Shown here piece after piece: positions 60,263-64,000 of a stretch of 64,000 bases of DNA (within the stretch, counting starts at the first letter, position 1; each line of letters starts with the position of its first letter). The position numbers and the translations under genes were made by a program. Location: positions 224,001 to 288,000 of the forward strand of contig CAWBZV010000012.1 in the NCBI GenBank assembly GCA_963793305.1, in the 5' to 3' direction. Under the pieces are notes generated by a model, which was not told where the DNA came from, did not search any database, and saw nothing but the letters and a program-made list of their open reading frames with translations. This DNA is from an uncultured Gemmatimonadales bacterium (GTDB lineage: Bacteria > Gemmatimonadota > Gemmatimonadetes > Gemmatimonadales > Gemmatimonadaceae).

Positions 60263-62136
60263 CTGCGCTCGCTCTCGTGGCCGTGCGTGCCGCATCCGCA
60301 CAGGTCACGCCGTTGAGCCCCGAAGATCTGACGGCGATACACTCGGTGGTGGGGACGGCGACGCCGCAATGGTCGCCCGACGGCGCGCGCATCATGTTCG
60401 CGTCGTCGCTCGGCGGCTCGGATCTGTGGACGGTGAACGCGAACGGCGGATTTCCGACGCCGCTCAACGTCGACATGGGAGACATCCCATTCCTGCAGCC
60501 CCACCAGCCGACCTTTTCGCCGGACGGGAAGTGGCTCGCCTACATCTCGAGTAGGCGGGGCGAGGGCGCATCCGAGATGTACGTGACGTCGCTCGAGGAC
60601 GGGAGAACGGTGCCGCTCACCCACCTCGGGTCGCACGTCAACTCGTATTCGTGGTCGCCGGACAGCCGCTCGATCGCCGTCGCCGATGACCGATCCGGCG
60701 GTTACGACATATACGTCGTCAGCGTACCGGGTGCCAGCATCACGCGGATCACGAGCGATCCGCGCTACGAGGTGTTCCCGTCGTGGACGCCCGATGGCAA
60801 ACGCCTCGTGTACGTGCGACTCGACGACCGGTGGCAAGACCACGACGTGTTGATCGCCAATGCGGCCGGCGGCGGCGACGCGCGGACCGTCGTCAAGGAC
60901 ACCAATTTCTTCGACTACGGGGCTGGCGCGACGTTCGGCTATCCGCTCATCTCGCCCGACGGGTCGACGATGCTGTTTCGGTCGCAGCGGAGTGGGTGGA
61001 TCAACTACTGGGTCGTGCCGCTCGCGGGCGGCGCGCCGCACCAGCTGGCTCCCGAGACCGCCAATCAAAATGGCGCGCATTGGGCGCCGGATGGGAAATC
61101 GATCCTCTATGTGTCACTGCGGAATGGCACGCAGGATCTCCGTGTCGTGCCGGCCAGCGGCGGCGGCCCGGCTCGCGTGTTGGTTCAACCCGACGGCCAG
61201 GGGTTCATCAACAATGCGACATGGTCGCCCGATGGATCGCGTATCTCCTTTACCATGGAAAGTCCGACCGCGCCGGCCGATTTGTACACCGTGCCGAGTG
61301 CCGGTGGCACGCCGACGCGGCTGACGGTGTCGGTCGCCCCATCGTGGCGCGATGCCGTGCTCATTCACCCCAAGAAAATTCAATTCCGGGCAACTGACGG
61401 CGTCCCGACCTCGGCGTATCTCTACGAGCCGAGATTGGACGCTGGCAAGAAGGCGCCTGGTATTTTGCTCATTCACGGCGGCCCGACGTCGTCGTTCAAT
61501 GATACGTATCAGGTCCAGGCACAGTTCTTCACGCAGCATGGGTACGCCGTGTTGCTGCCGAATATTCGTGGCAGCTCGGGGTACGGCAAAGCATTCGAGG
61601 ATGCGAACAACGGGTGTTGGGGGCGGTGCGATCTCAAAGACGTTATCGCCGGCGTCGCGTACCTCAAGACGCTGCCTTACATCGATTCCACGCACATGGG
61701 GATCACCGGCACGAGCTATGGCGGCTGCATGACGCTCGCCGCGTCGGCCTTCGCGCCCGGGCTCTTCCAGGCCGGGATCGCCGCGTCGGGCTACGGCGAC
61801 TGGCTCGCGTTCACCGACGAGCAGGAGATGCGGCACATCAAGCTGCTGCACTACGAGCTGGGCTACCTGCCGCAGGCGACGGCGCTCTACCGCAGTCTCT
61901 CGCCGGTCTATTACCTCGACTCGGTCAAGACGCCGCTGTTCCTGATCCACGGCGAGGGCAAGCCGTTTCCCCGCTCCGACGCGTCGAAGATCTTCGTCGA
62001 CCGGTTGGAGGTGAAGTACAAGCCGGTCAAGTACAAGACGTATCCGAACGAGAATTATTACATCCAAAACCCGGCGAACGTCCGGACGATGCTTGGCGAT
62101 ATGCTGGCCTACTTCGACCAGTATCTCAGGGATTGA
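60244..62136 (+). CDS. S9 prolyl oligopeptidase-like protein with a PD40 propeller and atypical catalytic residues
   Basis: IHGGP, PNIRGSSGYG, GTSYGG; HGEGK and YPNENYY at the Asp and His positions. Confidence 0.85.
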   Translation: MARFPIAALALVAVRAASAQVTPLSPEDLTAIHSVVGTATPQWSPDGARIMFASSLGGSDLWTVNANGGFPTPLNVDMGDIPFLQPHQPTFSPDGKWLAYISSRRGEGASEMYVTSLEDGRTVPLTHLGSHVNSYSWSPDSRSIAVADDRSGGYDIYVVSVPGASITRITSDPRYEVFPSWTPDGKRLVYVRLDDRWQDHDVLIANAAGGGDARTVVKDTNFFDYGAGATFGYPLISPDGSTMLFRSQRSGWINYWVVPLAGGAPHQLAPETANQNGAHWAPDGKSILYVSLRNGTQDLRVVPASGGGPARVLVQPDGQGFINNATWSPDGSRISFTMESPTAPADLYTVPSAGGTPTRLTVSVAPSWRDAVLIHPKKIQFRATDGVPTSAYLYEPRLDAGKKAPGILLIHGGPTSSFNDTYQVQAQFFTQHGYAVLLPNIRGSSGYGKAFEDANNGCWGRCDLKDVIAGVAYLKTLPYIDSTHMGITGTSYGGCMTLAASAFAPGLFQAGIAASGYGDWLAFTDEQEMRHIKLLHYELGYLPQATALYRSLSPVYYLDSVKTPLFLIHGEGKPFPRSDASKIFVDRLEVKYKPVKYKTYPNENYYIQNPANVRTMLGDMLAYFDQYLRD

Positions 62137-62207
62137 GCGGGACGGGTCGTCCCGAGCAGCACCAATGCTACTTGCCCGCCGCACAATGCGCGCTATCGTC
62201 TGGCGCC

Positions 62208-62842
62208 ATGAACACATTCGAACGCCTCTGGCGCACGGCCGGCATTCAATTCGTCGGGCTCACCATCCTCGCGTATCTCATCTACGGCGATCTACCCGGG
62301 ATCGGCGCGCCCGACGCCCTCTCGTTCTACCACGGCGATCGCATGCGTATCCTGATCGCTTCGGTATTCTCGGGTCTCGCCGTCCTCAACCTCATGTGGT
62401 TCGCGGCGGCGCTCAGAACCACTTTGGCGATGCAGGCTACGACGGCTGGGGCGCGGCGGCCACCGCGTCCAGCGCAGCGGTCGGAGCGCTGGCCTTCGTA
62501 CTCATTGCGGTGGCCGCGGCGCTCGCGTACTCGAACGCCGACTTTCTGAACAATTTCGCGTGGACTTGCGGCGTGCTCTCGTCGTTCCCGCGCGCAATGC
62601 TGATCATGTCCTCGGCGTTCGGCTTCTGGCGAGCCAAGCTGATCTCGAACGCGCTCTTCACGGCGGGAGTCGCCGTCGTCATACTCGGCGTCCTCGGTGG
62701 CACCACGTGGGTGAGCGGCGGATTCTGGGCGCCCGACGGCGCCTACTCGCGATTCATTTTGCCCGTTATCAGCCTCGTGTGGGTACTGGTCGTGAGTCGC
62801 GTGCTGTTGACCCGAGCTCCCGCTACGCGTGCTGGATGGTGA
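62208..62842 (+). CDS. Hypothetical multi-pass membrane protein; frameshift near 62430
   Basis: Two overlapping hydrophobic ORF halves; TATCGT 8 nt before the ATG. Confidence 0.65.
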
Positions 62843-62845
62843 CGC

Positions 62846-64000
62846 CTACCAGCCGCGCACCTCGCCATCGCGCCGCGGATCCGCGGCCCCGACCCATCGG
62901 TCCCCGATGCGGGTGATGACGGTCACGCCCCCAAACGTGGGATCGTTAGCCGGCGACACAGCGACCTGATAGCCGAGTCGCCGCGCCTCGGCGTACACGG
63001 AATCGGCGAATCCACTCTCGATGCCCAGTTGTGCTCCGGGCTGAGGAATGAGCCGCGGCATACGCAACGCTTGCATCGGATCGAGGCCGAAGTCGAGTTG
63101 GTAGATGATCGTCTCGACGATTGCGGGCGGAATGGCCAGCGAGCCCGGGCACCCCACGACCATCTGTAAAGACCCGTGGCGCAAGACGATCGTCGGCGCG
63201 ATGGTCGACGCAGCCATGCGCCACGAACCGATCGCGTTGGGAGACGCCGGATCGCGGGAGAAGTTGAAGAGCCCACTATTGAGGAACACGCCATCCACCC
63301 ACGTGCCAGTCCCGAACACGAGACCGAGCGTATTGGTGAGGGACACGCCATTGCCCTCGGCGTCGACAACCGAGATATGGGTCGTCTCAGCCTCCGACCC
63401 CTCGGCCGGCCTGCCGAGTGCGGCGGCGTGAGCGCGCTCGCGCGACGGCGGCGCGGCGCCGAGCGCGGCGCAAATGCCATCGGGCGGAGCGTCGTACGGC
63501 CACGGATCGCCAGGCGCCAATCGCCCCGCGACGGCGGAATCGACAACCGTCGCGCGGGTGGACGCGAATGCTCTGCTCGTCACACCGGCCATTGGCACGG
63601 CGGCGTGATCAGGATCGCCGACGAAGGCATCACGATCCGTCACCGCCGCGCGCAGCGCACCCGCAAGCACACGAAACGCATCCGGCGCGCGATTGGGCGG
63701 GCCGAGTGCAGTGAGATGGCGCGGCTCGAGCAAGTTGAGCGCTTCGAGCACTTCCATCCCGGACTGCGGCGCGGCCGCCGACAGCACGACGTCGCCGTGG
63801 TACGTGGCGCAGACGGGACGCGTCCACCGCGGCTGGTAGGACGCAAAATCTTCTCGCGTGATCGTCGAGCCAGCAGCACGCATCGCTTCGACGATGTGAC
63901 CACCGATCTCGCCCGTATAGAATTCGTCCGGCCCTTGATCCGCGATGCGCCTCAGCGTCGCGGCGAGCTCCGGCTGCGTCAATCGGTCGCCAGCGCGCAG
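62846..64000 (-). CDS. ggt: Gamma-glutamyltransferase-family protein (5' end beyond the window)
   Basis: QPELAATL, FYTG, ETTHISVVD.EGN, ADPRRDG. Confidence 0.88.
   Translation of the reverse strand: MRAGDRLTQPELAATLRRIADQGPDEFYTGEIGGHIVEAMRAAGSTITREDFASYQPRWTRPVCATYHGDVVLSAAAPQSGMEVLEALNLLEPRHLTALGPPNRAPDAFRVLAGALRAAVTDRDAFVGDPDHAAVPMAGVTSRAFASTRATVVDSAVAGRLAPGDPWPYDAPPDGICAALGAAPPSRERAHAAALGRPAEGSEAETTHISVVDAEGNGVSLTNTLGLVFGTGTWVDGVFLNSGLFNFSRDPASPNAIGSWRMAASTIAPTIVLRHGSLQMVVGCPGSLAIPPAIVETIIYQLDFGLDPMQALRMPRLIPQPGAQLGIESGFADSVYAEARRLGYQVAVSPANDPTFGGVTVITRIGDRWVGAADPRRDGEVRGW

Noticed and set aside
21780..62435. Programmed frameshifting or mass pseudogenisation
   Set aside because: There are no slippery heptamers or long tracts at the junctions and no accompanying stop codons; the recurrent context points to consensus error.
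1..64000. tRNA, rRNA, IS, integrase or prophage
   Set aside because: No recognisable cloverleaf, rRNA motif, transposase or phage gene by eye; tRNAscan-SE and Infernal were not run.

Overview
GC-rich, densely coding chromosomal window, probably from a Gemmatimonadota-like bacterium. That assignment is an inference from the co-occurrence of SusC/SusD, PadR plus a duplicated ABC permease, a Ser/Thr kinase with PD40 repeats and many secreted hydrolases. It holds about 45 genes: secreted peptidases and hydrolases (two M28, M61, M1 fused to an ABC permease, S9-like, two GGT, two amidohydrolases, two MBL-fold), three sensor kinases, a PIN/RHH toxin-antitoxin pair, and a SusC/SusD-multicopper oxidase operon. 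I found no rRNA, tRNA, CRISPR array or IS element. The main hidden feature is a selenoprotein that the ORF track splits in two: an exported BCP/PrxQ-like peroxiredoxin (48133-48684) with in-frame TGA at the peroxidatic Cys position, followed by a consensus-fitting bacterial SECIS hairpin. It abuts a CcdA-TlpA reducing module. Other notable signals are an S9-fold protein lacking the catalytic Asp/His, phased CTGAA boxes beside a CadC-like regulator, a LytTR box, pervasive leaderless-type promoters, and single-base frameshifts that cluster at one motif (ACGTC read as ACGTTC). Those frameshifts are most likely systematic long-read errors. Family assignments come from motif recognition, not from database searches.
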